A stretch of 64,000 nt of DNA from Thiobacillus sp. (GCA_024708885.1 JANJXT010000046.1:28436-92435), one strand, 5' to 3'; positions 34,731-45,202 are shown, counted from the first letter of the stretch. Made by a program: numbers and translations. The notes: a model not told the origin generated them from the letters alone.

Positions 34731-34857
34731 ACCACAGAGACACAGAGAACAGCGAGCAAAAACATATGCTTGCATTCCTTCGGCGGTTCACCCGATAGAT
34801 GAGCGGGGAAAAGCGCAGAGATTCCCTGTTTTTCAGGTTTCTCGGTGTCTCTGTGGT
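34731..34857. repeat. Small element with 19-bp terminal inverted repeats (MITE/REP-like)
   Basis: ACCACAGAGACACAGAGAA (34731-49) versus TTCTCGGTGTCTCTGTGGT (34839-57), 1 mismatch. Confidence 0.75.
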
Positions 34858-34884
34858 GGGGAATGTAGGTTATGCAGGCTGGAT

Positions 34885-35601
34885 TCAGCGGCCTTGCCGC
34901 CATAGCGGCGCCGTGCCGGGGCCGTAAAGCGCCTCGAGCGAATCGGGGGTGAGCAGCTCGGCAGGCGTGCCCAGCTGCCAGCGCCCGTCGCCGTGGAGGA
35001 ACAGCAGGCGATCGCACTGGCAGGCCGCCCAGTTTGGATCGTGCAGCGTCAGCACCACACTGCGGCCGGCATTGGCTTCGTCACGCACCCAGGCCAGCAG
35101 GCGCGCCTGATGCGCGGGATCAAGATGCGTCAGCGGCTCGTCGAGCAGCGCGATGCGTGCCTGCTGCACCGCCAGCTGCGCCAGCCGTGCGCGCTGGCGT
35201 TCGCCGCCCGACAGGGTGTCGAAGCGCCGGCCGGTGAGCGCATCGAGCTCCCAGGTGGCCAAATGCGGCGCGAGATCGGGCGAGCCGTCGAACGGAAAAT
35301 GCCCGAGCGCGACGAAATCCGCGACGCTGCCGAAAAACTCTCCCTCGTCGCCCTGCGGCAAAAGACCGATGCACTGCGCGCGGACGAACGGCTGCAGATC
35401 GGCAAGCGGTACGTCATCGAGTGTGACCTGTCCCCGAGCCGGCAGTGCAAGGCCCGCCAGCACCGCAAGCAACGTCGACTTGCCGGCGCCGTTGGTGCCG
35501 AGGATGCCGAGGATTTCGCCGGGTTCGAGCGAGAGATCGAGCGCATCGACCAGGGTGCGGTCGCCGGTCAGCAGGGAGATGTCGCGTGAGACAAGGCGCA
35601 T
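34885..35601 (-). CDS. Cobalamin/iron-siderophore ABC transporter ATPase (BtuD/FepC-like)
   Basis: GTNGAGKST, LSGGERQRARLA, LDEPLTHLD, LHDPNWA. Confidence 0.88.
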   Translation of the reverse strand: MRLVSRDISLLTGDRTLVDALDLSLEPGEILGILGTNGAGKSTLLAVLAGLALPARGQVTLDDVPLADLQPFVRAQCIGLLPQGDEGEFFGSVADFVALGHFPFDGSPDLAPHLATWELDALTGRRFDTLSGGERQRARLAQLAVQQARIALLDEPLTHLDPAHQARLLAWVRDEANAGRSVVLTLHDPNWAACQCDRLLFLHGDGRWQLGTPAELLTPDSLEALYGPGTAPLWRQGR

Positions 35602-35657
35602 GGGTTGGGTGGGATGGATTCGTGTTTCCTGATTTCCTTTAGAAAGTACTCGGCGGG

Positions 35658-36584
35658 TCATGGCTTGCGCAGCAGCCACAGCATCATCGGCACGCCGATC
35701 AGCGCGGTGAGCACACCCACCGGCAGTTCGCGCGGCGCGATCACGGTACGCGCGAGCGTATCGGCGAGTACCAGCAGGGTGCCGCCGGCGAGCGCGCAGG
35801 CGGGCAGCAGGGCACGGTGGCCGGCGAAGCCGAGGCGCCGCAGCGCGTGCGGCACCATGAGGCCGACGAAGCCGATGCTGCCGGCCTGCGCGACGACCAG
35901 CGCGGTCGAGGCGCCGGACAGCGCAAACAGTGTCCAGCGCGTGGGGGCGACGGCGACACCGAGCGAGGCGGCCTTGAGCGGCGACAGTTGCAGGACGTCG
36001 AGGCGGCGCGCCAGCGCCGTGGCGGCGATTGTGGCGGCGATTGCGGCGGCGAGCAGCCATGCGGGCTGGCTCGCCCAGGCGAGGTCGCCCATGAGGAAGA
36101 ACAGCATGCCGGGCAGGCGTTCGGCGGGGGCGAGCGCCAGCACGAGCGCGATGAGCGCGCCAAAGCCCGCGGCAAGCATCACGCCGGCGAGCAAAAGCGG
36201 CGTGTGGTCGCGCGCGAGCATGCGCCCGCCCAGCGCGGCGGCGAGCGCCAGTGCGCCGAGGCTGCCGGCGAAAGCGAGCCCCGATACCCAGGGCCATGCC
36301 AGCCCCATGGTCATGCCGGCGAGCGCGGCGAGTCCCGCGCCGCCGGAGGCGCCGAGAAGATAAGGCTCGGCGAGCGGGTTGCGAAAGAGCGTCTGCATCA
36401 GCGCACCGGCCAGGGCGAGGAGACCGCCGCAGGCGAAGGCCGCAGCGACGCGCGGCGCACGCAGCTCGGCAAGAATCTGCCGGGCGAGTTCGCGGTCGTC
36501 CGGCAGCGCGCCGGCGAAAAGGCCGAGCGCGATCGCTGCGAGCGCGGCCGCCGCAATGAGTGCGGTACGGGCGGATGTGGACAG
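35658..36584 (-). CDS. FecCD/BtuC family ABC permease, probable CTG start
   Basis: LRAPRVAAAFACGGLLALAGALMQTLFRNPLAEPYLLGASGGA, IGFVGLMVPH, ELPVG; homology extends upstream of the first ATG (36398). Confidence 0.85.
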   Translation of the reverse strand: MSTSARTALIAAAALAAIALGLFAGALPDDRELARQILAELRAPRVAAAFACGGLLALAGALMQTLFRNPLAEPYLLGASGGAGLAALAGMTMGLAWPWVSGLAFAGSLGALALAAALGGRMLARDHTPLLLAGVMLAAGFGALIALVLALAPAERLPGMLFFLMGDLAWASQPAWLLAAAIAATIAATALARRLDVLQLSPLKAASLGVAVAPTRWTLFALSGASTALVVAQAGSIGFVGLMVPHALRRLGFAGHRALLPACALAGGTLLVLADTLARTVIAPRELPVGVLTALIGVPMMLWLLRKP

Positions 36585-36593
36585 GCGCGGACC

Positions 36594-37256
36594 TTACTGT
36601 TGCGGCAGCGTGTCAGCAGGCACTGCCTGCGGCAGGACGCTCACCCGCTGCATCACCACCGCTTCGAGCGGAACGTCGTCGTGCGGGCCGCGACGGCCGC
36701 GCGGCACCGCGACGATGGCGTCGACCACGTCCATGCCTTCGACGACCTGGCCGAACACCGCGTAGCCCCAGCCCTGCATGCTTTTGCCCCGATGGTCGAG
36801 GAAGCCGTTGTTGGCGACGTTGATGAAGAACTGGGAGGTCGCCGAATCGGGGTCCATGGTGCGTGCCATCGCCAGCGTGCCGCGCAGGTTCTTGAGGCCG
36901 TTGTCGGCCTCGTTGGCGATCGGCTGGCCATTCGGCTTTTCCCTCATGTCGGCCGTCATGCCGCCGCCCTGGATCATGAAACCCGGGATGACGCGATGGA
37001 ACACCGTGCCGTCGTAGAAACCGTTGCGCACATAGCCGAGAAAGTTTTCGCTCGACTTGGGCGACTGCGTCGGAAAGACTTCGATCGTGATCGCCCCCTT
37101 GCTGGTTTCGATCAGCACGCGCGGGTTGGCGGCCGCCCCTGCCGCCGGCGTGATGGAGGCGGCTTGCGTGGCGGGTTCGCCGGCACCGCAGCCGGAGACG
37201 GCGAGCATCAGGGCGGCAAGAAAAAGCGTGCTCGAGCGCAAGGAAAGACGCGGCAT
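36594..37256 (-). CDS. ppiA: Cyclophilin-type peptidyl-prolyl isomerase, lipoprotein
   Basis: Lipobox [47 protein letters not shown]. Confidence 0.9.
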   Translation of the reverse strand: MPRLSLRSSTLFLAALMLAVSGCGAGEPATQAASITPAAGAAANPRVLIETSKGAITIEVFPTQSPKSSENFLGYVRNGFYDGTVFHRVIPGFMIQGGGMTADMREKPNGQPIANEADNGLKNLRGTLAMARTMDPDSATSQFFINVANNGFLDHRGKSMQGWGYAVFGQVVEGMDVVDAIVAVPRGRRGPHDDVPLEAVVMQRVSVLPQAVPADTLPQQ

Positions 37257-37343
37257 TGCAGGACTCCAGGAAAAGGAAGCCTGAATTCTAATGGGCGCCG
37301 CCGCGGAGCCCAAGGCCTCCGCGCGTTGACGTCGTTCGGAGAA

Positions 37344-37682
37344 TCAGCGCCCCACGGCCTGGCTGGCGGGGGCGGTCCGTCCCAGGCAGCGGAAGGCCAG
37401 ATCGTTGTCCACGGCGAAATTCATCACGAAACGAAACGCTGCCGGGTCGGCTTGAAGCAGACGCATGTCGATGCGCAGCCCGCGCGTGCCCTCGAACGTG
37501 ACCGGCCGCACGGCCGGCGCATAACGCAGCAGCTTGTCCTTGCCGAAGCTGGAGAAGCCCCCGGCCAGCCGGTCGACCCAGTCGCTCGGCCGGAAGGGGC
37601 GTCCCGACATCGTGACGCCGAGAATGAGCAGGGCCTCGCATGCGTGATCTGCGGACGAGTCGGCGGCGGGCGCCTCGCTCAT
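37344..37682 (-). CDS. DUF3579-like protein
   Basis: ILGVTMSGRPFRPSDWVDRL and FVMNFAVDNDL motifs; ATGA overlap with the upstream gene. Confidence 0.75.
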   Translation of the reverse strand: MSEAPAADSSADHACEALLILGVTMSGRPFRPSDWVDRLAGGFSSFGKDKLLRYAPAVRPVTFEGTRGLRIDMRLLQADPAAFRFVMNFAVDNDLAFRCLGRTAPASQAVGR

Positions 37683-38176
37683 TGCGCGCCTCCCTTGCGG
37701 AGGAAGAAGGTCCATTGGCCGGGATGGGTCTGCTGGCTCTTCAACAGGACATTGCCGGTCGCGGCGCACCATGCGCCGATTTCGTCACGGCTGGCAGGGC
37801 AGGTGCTGACGAGCTTCACGACCTGTCCCCAGAGCATCCTGCCGAGCATCCGGCTCGCCTCGATGACCGGGGTCGGGCAGGACTTTCCGCTCACGTCGAG
37901 CGTGGCATCGGCGGCGATCGTGGCCTTGTTTCCCTTGCTCACGCGGTATTCGCCGATGCCGTCGGCACCGCGCACAAAATGGGTGACCTCGTTGCCGGTG
38001 CGCGCCGCCCAGGCAAACAGATCGTCCCGCGTGCCCGGGCAATCCGACTTGAGCAGCAGGGTTTCGCCGGCGTGCAGGCCGTCCAGGGCGCGGCGGACGC
38101 CGAGCAGGGGGTGGGGGCAGACCTGGCCCGTCATGTCCAGGACAGTGCTCGCTTCGTGTGGAATCGGGTCGTGCAT
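37679..38176 (-). CDS. Tandem two-domain TusA/SirA sulfur-carrier protein
   Basis: LDMTGQVCPHP and LDVSGKSCPTP (two CPxP motifs); AGGAG RBS. Confidence 0.85.
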   Translation of the reverse strand: MHDPIPHEASTVLDMTGQVCPHPLLGVRRALDGLHAGETLLLKSDCPGTRDDLFAWAARTGNEVTHFVRGADGIGEYRVSKGNKATIAADATLDVSGKSCPTPVIEASRMLGRMLWGQVVKLVSTCPASRDEIGAWCAATGNVLLKSQQTHPGQWTFFLRKGGAQ

Positions 38177-38324
38177 CGTTGCGGTCTCCTGTATTCGATC
38201 TGTTGGGGGCCGTCATTGGCGCGCTGGGTGCCAGCCTGACGGTGGATGACGGCCGCTGCCGTACATCGAGCGCAATCGTAGCAATGCTGAAAATTAAAAT
38301 AAAAGAATAAAAGGCTATGATTTA

Positions 38325-38339
38325 ATAACCATTTGTTAT
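38325..38339. promoter_or_regulatory. LysR-type T-N11-A binding site
   Basis: ATAAC-CATTT-GTTAT palindrome in a very AT-rich divergent intergenic region. Confidence 0.6.
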
Positions 38340-38349
38340 AAAGATTTCC

Positions 38350-39291
38350 ATGAAGCTTCAGCAACTGCGCTATCTGTGCGAGGTCGTCCGGCAGGGATTG
38401 AACGTTTCGGCGGCGGCCGGGCAGCTGCATACCTCGCAGCCGGGCGTGTCGAAACAGATCCGGCAGCTGGAAGACGAACTGGGGGTGACCCTGTTCGTTC
38501 GTAACGGCAAGCGGCTGGCGGAGCTGACCGAACCGGGCAGGGCGATCGTTGCCATCGCGGAGCGGGTTTTGCGGGAGGCGGACAATCTCAGGCAGGCGGG
38601 CAGGGATTTGAGCGACGAAACCAGCGGCAGTCTGGTGATCGCGACCACGCACACGCAGGCGCGCTATGCGTTGCCCGATACGGTGAAGGCCTTTGTGCAG
38701 CGCTACCCCGCGGTCGATCTCGTCCTGCACCAGGGCAATCCGGGCCAGGTCGCGCAGATGGTGATTGCGGGCGAGGCGGACCTCGCCATCGCCACGGAAA
38801 CCATCGCGGAGGTCAGGGAGCTCGTCAGCATGCCGTGTCACACATGGAACCACGGCATCATCGTCCCACCCCGACATCCGCTGCTGAAGGCGGGCACGCT
38901 GTCCCTGGAAGCGATCGCGCGCTATCCGGTCGTCACCTACGACACCGCGTTCGCCGGCCGGTCACGCATCAACCGGGCGTTCGAGCGCAAGGGACTCGCG
39001 CCGCGGGTGGTGCTGACGGCCATCGACTCGGACGTGATCAAGACCTATGTCGAGCTGGGTCTGGGTGTCGGCATCGTCGCGCAGATGGCCTTCGATCCTC
39101 GTCGCGACAAGAGCTTGCGCATGCTGGACGCGGGACATCTGTTCGAGACGAGCACCACGCGCATCGGCCTGCGCCACGGCGCGTTTCTGCGACGCTACGT
39201 CTACGATTTCATCCAGCTGTTCGCACCGCAGTTGACGCGTCGGCTGGTGGACGCCGCGATGCGCGGCGGGGGCGCGGACTTCGAGCTTTGA
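38350..39291 (+). CDS. cysB: CysB/Cbl family LysR regulator
   Basis: MKLQQLRYL, TSQPGVSKQIR, IATTHTQARYALP, DSDVIKTYV. Confidence 0.88.
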   Translation: MKLQQLRYLCEVVRQGLNVSAAAGQLHTSQPGVSKQIRQLEDELGVTLFVRNGKRLAELTEPGRAIVAIAERVLREADNLRQAGRDLSDETSGSLVIATTHTQARYALPDTVKAFVQRYPAVDLVLHQGNPGQVAQMVIAGEADLAIATETIAEVRELVSMPCHTWNHGIIVPPRHPLLKAGTLSLEAIARYPVVTYDTAFAGRSRINRAFERKGLAPRVVLTAIDSDVIKTYVELGLGVGIVAQMAFDPRRDKSLRMLDAGHLFETSTTRIGLRHGAFLRRYVYDFIQLFAPQLTRRLVDAAMRGGGADFEL

Positions 39292-39300
39292 CCTGGGCTC

Positions 39301-41742
39301 CTATTCCCGGGTGGTCCCGAAATCGGACAGCCGCAGCGCGTTCAACACCACCAGCAGCGAGCTCGCCGACATGCCGATGCCGGCGAGCCACGGCGTGACG
39401 TGGCCAAGCGCGGCGGCGGGGATGGCGATGAGGTTGTAGCCGAGCGCCCAGCCGAGGTTCTGGCGCACGATGCGCTGCGTCTTGCGCGCGAGCGCCACGC
39501 CTTCGGCAAGCGTGGCGAGGCGGCTGCCCAGCATCACCATGTCGGCGGCAGCCTGCGCGACGTCGGTGCCTTCACCCATGGCGATCGAGACCTGCGCGCC
39601 GGCGAGTACCGGTGCGTCGTTGATGCCGTCGCCGACCATCGCGACGACGCGCCCCGCCGCCTGCAGCGCCTTGACGTAGGCAAGCTTGTCCTCCGGCAGC
39701 GCGCCGGCGCGCCAGGCGTCGATGCCGAGCTGCCGTGCCACGTCTTCCACAGCCGGTGCGGCGTCGCCCGACAGCAGGTGCAGCCGCAATCCCTGGCGGC
39801 GCAGGGCGGCGAGCGCGTCGGCGGCGTCGGTGCGCAGGGTGTCGGCGAGCGCGAACCAGGCGATCGGCACGCCGTTCTCGGAAAGCGCGACCCAGCTCGC
39901 ACCCGCCTGCGTCGTCGGCGGCGCGGCGTCGGCAGCGGCGAAGCGCGGCGTGCCCAGCCGGTAGGCGTACTGTCCGACGCGCCCCTCGACGCCATGGCCC
40001 GGCGTGTTGCGCAGGGCGCTTGCCCCGGGTGCCGGCGTGACGCCGTCGCGCAGCGCGCGCGCGATGGGATGTTCGGAGCCGGCCTCGAGCGCGGCGGCGA
40101 GCGCGCGCACCTCGGCTTCGCTGTGCCCGGCCAGGGGTGCCACCTGGCGCACCGCCAGGTGTCCGCGGGTGAGCGTGCCGGTCTTGTCGAAGACGACGTC
40201 GGTGGCGCGCGCCAGCGTTTCCAGCGCATGGCCGCGCGTGGTGAGGAGCCCGAGCCGCGTCAGGCGCCCGGTGCCGCTGGTCAGCGCGGCCGGAGTGGCG
40301 AGTCCCAGCGCGCAGGGGCAGGTGACGACGAGAATCGACACCACGATCCACAGTGCGCGCGACGGGTCGTGGATGAACCATGCGTAGCCGACCACCGCGC
40401 TGATCACGAGCAAGAGTCCGATGAACCAGGCGGCGGCACGGTCGGCCACCTGACTGATGCGCGGCTTCTCGCTTTGTGCGCGATCGAGCAGGCGCACGAT
40501 GGACGCCAGCCGGGTGTCGGCGCCGAGCCGGTCCACCCGTACCACCAGCGGGCTTGCCTCGTTGAGGCTGCCGCCGACCACGTTGGCGCCGGCGGCCTTG
40601 GCGACCGGCAGCGACTCGCCGGTGAGCATGGCTTCGTTCACCGCGCTGTGCCCCTCGATCACCACGCCGTCGGCGGGCAGGGTGTCCCCCGGGCGCACCA
40701 GCACGTGGTCGCCCGGCCGCAGGCGCGCCACCGGCACCTGCTCGGTGTCGCGTGCCGGCCAGGCGGGCAAGCGCGTGGCCGCGGCGGGAATGAGCTTGAC
40801 CAGTTCTTCCACCGCCGCGCCGGCGCGGCGGCGCGCGTTCATTTCGAGAAAACGCCCGGTCAGCAGCAGGAAAATGAACATGTTCACCGAGTCGTAATAG
40901 ACCTCGCCTTGACCGGTGAAGGTGCTGTAGACGCTGGCGGCGAACGCCGTGGCGATGCCGAGTGCGACCGGCACGTCCATGCCCAGCATGCCGCGGCGCA
41001 GATCGCGCCAGGTGCCGACGAAGAACGGCCACGCCGAATAGCCCACCACGGGCAGCGTCAGCACCAGGCTCGCCCAGCGCATGATGACGCGGATGTCGTC
41101 GGTCATGTCGGTTGCCGTATAGGTCGGCAGCGCAACCATCATCACCTGCATCATGCCGAGTCCCGCGATCGCCAGGCGGCGGATCGCGGTGTTGCGCTCG
41201 CGCCGGTGGATGTCGTCGGAACGGCCGGCGTCGAAGGGGTGGGCGATGTAGCCGATGTCGGACACCGCCTTGAGGATGGCGGACAACTGGATGCGGCGGT
41301 CATCCCAGCGCACCCGCGCGCGTCGCGTCGCGTAGTTGATTTCGACCGAGAGCACGCCGGGCAGCGCCGCGATGTGGCGCTCGTTGAGCCAGATGCACGC
41401 GGCGCAGACGATGTTCTCCAGAATCAGCGCCGCCTCGCGGACGTGCTCGGCTTCCACGCGCACGAAACTTTCCTGGATTTCCGGCAGGTCGTAGAGGCCC
41501 AGTTGCGCAAGTTCGGCCTCGGCCTCGCGCGGGGTCGAGGGGAGGGCGGTGCGGTGCGTGTAGTAGGCGCCCTGGCCGCTGTCGATGATGGTCTGTGCCA
41601 CCGCCTGGCAGCCGTGGCAGCATGCCGCGTGGCTGCTGCCTTCGAACGTGACGGGGTAGCGCGCGCCGTCCGGAACCGGCTGGCCGCAATGGAAACAGGA
41701 CGAAAAAGACGGGGTGTCCGCGAGGCCGGGAGAGCGGCTCAC
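39301..41742 (-). CDS. Heavy-metal (Cu) P1B-type ATPase, CcoI/FixI-like
   Basis: CFHCG..CCHGC N-domain, CAAC HMA, CPCALGLA, DKTGTLT, GDGINDAP; GTG start inferred. Confidence 0.9.
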   Translation of the reverse strand: MSRSPGLADTPSFSSCFHCGQPVPDGARYPVTFEGSSHAACCHGCQAVAQTIIDSGQGAYYTHRTALPSTPREAEAELAQLGLYDLPEIQESFVRVEAEHVREAALILENIVCAACIWLNERHIAALPGVLSVEINYATRRARVRWDDRRIQLSAILKAVSDIGYIAHPFDAGRSDDIHRRERNTAIRRLAIAGLGMMQVMMVALPTYTATDMTDDIRVIMRWASLVLTLPVVGYSAWPFFVGTWRDLRRGMLGMDVPVALGIATAFAASVYSTFTGQGEVYYDSVNMFIFLLLTGRFLEMNARRRAGAAVEELVKLIPAAATRLPAWPARDTEQVPVARLRPGDHVLVRPGDTLPADGVVIEGHSAVNEAMLTGESLPVAKAAGANVVGGSLNEASPLVVRVDRLGADTRLASIVRLLDRAQSEKPRISQVADRAAAWFIGLLLVISAVVGYAWFIHDPSRALWIVVSILVVTCPCALGLATPAALTSGTGRLTRLGLLTTRGHALETLARATDVVFDKTGTLTRGHLAVRQVAPLAGHSEAEVRALAAALEAGSEHPIARALRDGVTPAPGASALRNTPGHGVEGRVGQYAYRLGTPRFAAADAAPPTTQAGASWVALSENGVPIAWFALADTLRTDAADALAALRRQGLRLHLLSGDAAPAVEDVARQLGIDAWRAGALPEDKLAYVKALQAAGRVVAMVGDGINDAPVLAGAQVSIAMGEGTDVAQAAADMVMLGSRLATLAEGVALARKTQRIVRQNLGWALGYNLIAIPAAALGHVTPWLAGIGMSASSLLVVLNALRLSDFGTTRE

Positions 41743-42108
41743 GAAACACCCCGTGGCAGGGCGCCCCAATCCGGCAGGCTCGGGAGAGAGGACGAGCCTG
41801 CCGCGGGCGCCGGGTGCAACGCATCTTTGGTGCCGGCGGCGGTTGCCAGACCGCCGGAGCGCCGGGTAAGCGCTCCGGTTGGCAAACCTGGTACCGAAGC
41901 TCGTGACTGCGGCACCGATCCGGAAAGATTGTTCCTGCGTGTTACTGTCGCCATTCTTCAAACGTCATGCGCGGCTGCCGGGACGGCAAATCCGACATTA
42001 TATGCCGGGTGTCGAAACGACCCGGCCGAGAGCGGGCCGGCGCATAACAGGCTTGAAGATGCGCATATCATAATATACCGATGTCGCGTCGGCAAGGGGG
42101 GGCGGGTT

Positions 42109-42807
42109 ATGATTTCCGGCATGCGCCCCGGTGAGTCCTGCTTTCCACCCGTCGACACCGCGCTCGCCCACCCCAACGGCCTGCTGGCGAAGGGCGGCGA
42201 CCTGTCGTTGCCGCGTCTGCTCGATGCCTACCGCCACGGCGTCTTCCCCTGGTTCAATCCCGGCGAGCCGATCCTGTGGTGGAGCCCCGATCCGCGCATG
42301 GTGCTCGTGCCGGACGAAATCCGCATCAGCCGTTCGCTCGCCAAGCGCCTGCGCAACGCAGGTTTCGAACTGCGCGTCGACAGTGCTTTCGTCGAGGTGA
42401 TGCGCGGCTGCGCCGAACCACGCCGCGGCGAGGCAGGCACCTGGATCTCGCCGGTGATGATCGCCGCCTATTCGCGCCTGTTCGATGCCGGCTATGCGCA
42501 CTCGGTGGAAACCTGGCACGATGGCCGCCTGGTGGGCGGCTTGTATGGCGTCGCCATCGGCCGCATGTTTTACGGCGAATCCATGTTCAGCCGCATGCCC
42601 GACGCGTCCAAGGTGGCGCTGGTGGGGCTCGCGCGGCAGTTGCACGCCTGGGGTTTCGGGCTCATCGACTGCCAGATGGAAACCCCGCATCTTGGCAACA
42701 TGGGCGCGCGCCCGATTCCGCGCACCGCATTCGTGACGCGGCTCGCGGAATTGGTAGACTTGCCGCATCGTCCCGGCCCCTGGCGTTTCGATGCTCCCCC
42801 TGAGTAA
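42109..42807 (+). CDS. aat: Leucyl/phenylalanyl-tRNA--protein transferase
   Basis: [37 protein letters not shown]. Confidence 0.95.
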   Translation: MISGMRPGESCFPPVDTALAHPNGLLAKGGDLSLPRLLDAYRHGVFPWFNPGEPILWWSPDPRMVLVPDEIRISRSLAKRLRNAGFELRVDSAFVEVMRGCAEPRRGEAGTWISPVMIAAYSRLFDAGYAHSVETWHDGRLVGGLYGVAIGRMFYGESMFSRMPDASKVALVGLARQLHAWGFGLIDCQMETPHLGNMGARPIPRTAFVTRLAELVDLPHRPGPWRFDAPPE

Positions 42808-43532
42808 TGCACCCGACTGAACCCCCTTTCCAACGCATTCAGTTCTACCTGACCGCGCACTACGACTGCAGCTACCTGCCCGGTCGGCACGCGCGTTCGC
42901 AGGTCGCCACGCCCGCGCATCTCATCGATGCCCGCGCGTACAGCGCGCTGGTCCGCGCGGGCTTTCGTCGCAGCGGCCAGTTCACCTACCGGCCGCATTG
43001 CGAGACCTGTAATGCCTGTGTGCCGGTGCGCGTCGACGTGGCGCGCTTCGCACCCAACCGTACCCAGCGCCGCTGCCTCGCGCGCAACCGGCATCTTGCC
43101 GCGCGCTTTCTGCCGCTCGACTTCCACGACGCGCATTACGCGCTGTATCGCCGCTATCTCGCCAGCCGCCACGCCGGCGGCGGTATGGATCGCGACAGCG
43201 CCGAGCAGTACACGCAGTTCATGCTGTCGTCCAACGTCGATTCGGTGCTGGTGGAGTTTTGCGACGGCGGCGCGCCGGTGATGGTCGCGGTGATCGATCA
43301 GGTCGAGGATGGCCTGTCCGCCGTCTACACCTTCTTCGACCCGGCACGCGAAGCGCAGAGCCTCGGCGTCTATGGCGTGCTGTGGCAGATCGAGCTCGCG
43401 CAGCGGCTGGGGCTGCCCTATGTCTACCTCGGCTACTGGATCGCGGACAGCCGCAAGATGGCCTACAAGCAGCAGTACGCGCCACTCGAGGCCCTGCGCG
43501 ACGGCCGCTGGCAGGTGATCGACGCCGCATGA
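42807..43532 (+). CDS. Arginyltransferase family / Asp,Glu leucyltransferase (Bpt/Ate)
   Basis: [43 protein letters not shown]. Confidence 0.92.
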   Translation: MHPTEPPFQRIQFYLTAHYDCSYLPGRHARSQVATPAHLIDARAYSALVRAGFRRSGQFTYRPHCETCNACVPVRVDVARFAPNRTQRRCLARNRHLAARFLPLDFHDAHYALYRRYLASRHAGGGMDRDSAEQYTQFMLSSNVDSVLVEFCDGGAPVMVAVIDQVEDGLSAVYTFFDPAREAQSLGVYGVLWQIELAQRLGLPYVYLGYWIADSRKMAYKQQYAPLEALRDGRWQVIDAA

Positions 43533-44353
43533 GGCAGGGGTTCGCGGCCGCGGCGCTGGCGCTGCTCGCCGGCTGCGCGCTCACCGTGAGCGATCCGCGC
43601 GCGCGCACGCCCCTCGACGGCTTCGTGCCGCTTGCGGCGGATGCGCGGGTGTGGGTCGAACCGGGCTACGACGCGTATGGCGCGCGCGTCGCCGCCGCAC
43701 TGCCGGCCGCCATCGCGCGCGTGGAGGCGGCGCATTATCTGCCCTTCGCGCGTGCGCCGCGCGTCCACGTGTGCGGCACCGATGCCTGCTTCCAGCGTCA
43801 TGTGCTGACGCCGAAGCTGTCCGCCGCCGTGGTGCCGGACAACCGCCTGATCCTGTCGCCCAATCTCGACGGCAAGGAGCGCCACCGCCTGCCTGCGCTC
43901 CTCACCCACGAACTTGCCCACCTGCATCTGGGCCAGCGCATCGGCCATTATCACCCGACACTGCCGGTGTGGTTCCACGAAGGCTGGGCGGCGCTCACCG
44001 CCGACGGCGGCGGTGCCGAATACGTCAGCGACGCGCAGGCGCGCGCGGCGATCCGTGCCGGCCGCCGCGTCAACCCCGCCCTGCGCGATGTCCCCGGCAA
44101 GCGCCACCGCGCCGGTGCGTCCGGCATGAGCATTTTCGAGTTCTACCGCCAGTCCATGCTCCTGGTCGGCTGGCTGAAGGCGCAAGACGAGGCGGGTTTT
44201 CGCCGACTGGTGCTGGCGGTGCAGGACAACGCCGATTTCGAGATCGCCTTCTGGGACATCTACGGCCAGGCGCCCGCCGACCGTCTCGCGGGGTTCTTCG
44301 GCGGCGTTCTGGGCGATAATCCCCCCGTCCAGGCCGCCCCGGCCCAACCCTGA
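43529..44353 (+). CDS. Lipoprotein with zinc metallopeptidase (gluzincin/MA-like) motif
   Basis: Lipobox LLAGC, THELAH followed by PVWFHEGWA. Confidence 0.75.
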   Translation: MRQGFAAAALALLAGCALTVSDPRARTPLDGFVPLAADARVWVEPGYDAYGARVAAALPAAIARVEAAHYLPFARAPRVHVCGTDACFQRHVLTPKLSAAVVPDNRLILSPNLDGKERHRLPALLTHELAHLHLGQRIGHYHPTLPVWFHEGWAALTADGGGAEYVSDAQARAAIRAGRRVNPALRDVPGKRHRAGASGMSIFEFYRQSMLLVGWLKAQDEAGFRRLVLAVQDNADFEIAFWDIYGQAPADRLAGFFGGVLGDNPPVQAAPAQP

Positions 44354-44360
44354 CCGCACG

Positions 44361-45155
44361 ATGAAACCCTATCTCGACCTGATGCGCCACGTGCTCGAGC
44401 ACGGCACGAAGAAAGACGACCGCACCGGCACCGGCACGCTCTCGGTGTTCGGCTGGCAGATGCGCCATGCGCTCAGCGAAGGCTTTCCGCTCGTCACCAC
44501 CAAGAAATGCCATCTGCGCTCGATCATCCACGAGCTGCTGTGGTTCCTGCAGGGCGACACCAACATCGGCTACCTCAAGGCCAACGGTGTCTCGATCTGG
44601 GACGAATGGGCCGATGCCAACGGTGATCTGGGCCCGGTCTACGGCCATCAGTGGCGCACGTGGCCCGCGCGCGACGGCGGCAGCATCGATCAGATCAGCG
44701 AGGCGACAAGAACGCTCAAGACCAACCCGGATTCACGGCGCATCATCGTCTCCGCCTGGAACGTCGCCGATCTCGACCGCATGGCGCTGGCGCCCTGCCA
44801 TGCCTTCTTCCAGTTCTATGTCGCCGACGGCCGGCTTTCCTGCCAGCTCTATCAGCGCAGCGCCGACATCTTTCTCGGCGTGCCGTTCAACATCGCCAGC
44901 TACGCGCTGCTGACCATGATGATGGCGCAGGTCACCGGCCTGAAGCCGGGTGACTTCGTCCACACCCTGGGCGATGCGCACCTCTACCTCAACCATCTCG
45001 ACCAGGCGCGCGAACAACTCTCGCGCGAACCGCGTCCCCTGCCGCGCATGCGCATCAATCCCGCGGTGCAGGACATCTTCGCCTTCCGTTTCGAGGATTT
45101 CACGCTCGAAGGCTACGATCCGCACCCGGCGATCAAGGCGCCGGTGGCGGTTTGA
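44361..45155 (+). CDS. thyA: Thymidylate synthase
   Basis: [36 protein letters not shown]. Confidence 0.98.
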   Translation: MKPYLDLMRHVLEHGTKKDDRTGTGTLSVFGWQMRHALSEGFPLVTTKKCHLRSIIHELLWFLQGDTNIGYLKANGVSIWDEWADANGDLGPVYGHQWRTWPARDGGSIDQISEATRTLKTNPDSRRIIVSAWNVADLDRMALAPCHAFFQFYVADGRLSCQLYQRSADIFLGVPFNIASYALLTMMMAQVTGLKPGDFVHTLGDAHLYLNHLDQAREQLSREPRPLPRMRINPAVQDIFAFRFEDFTLEGYDPHPAIKAPVAV

Positions 45156-45202
45156 GCGGGGAGCGGTGGGTGGCGAGCGGGGCGCGGCTGTTCCGCGCGG
45201 GT

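Noticed and set aside
36594-36596. Programmed stop-codon readthrough fusing PpiA to the permease
   Set aside because: The stop is TAA, which is not a Sec/Pyl codon, and an SD-like sequence plus CTG explains the frame more simply
39400-42108. 1135-aa ORF on + (39400-42807) as a giant fusion protein
   Set aside because: Only the last 232 aa are Aat; the rest is the antisense shadow of the P-type ATPase, typical of high-GC DNA
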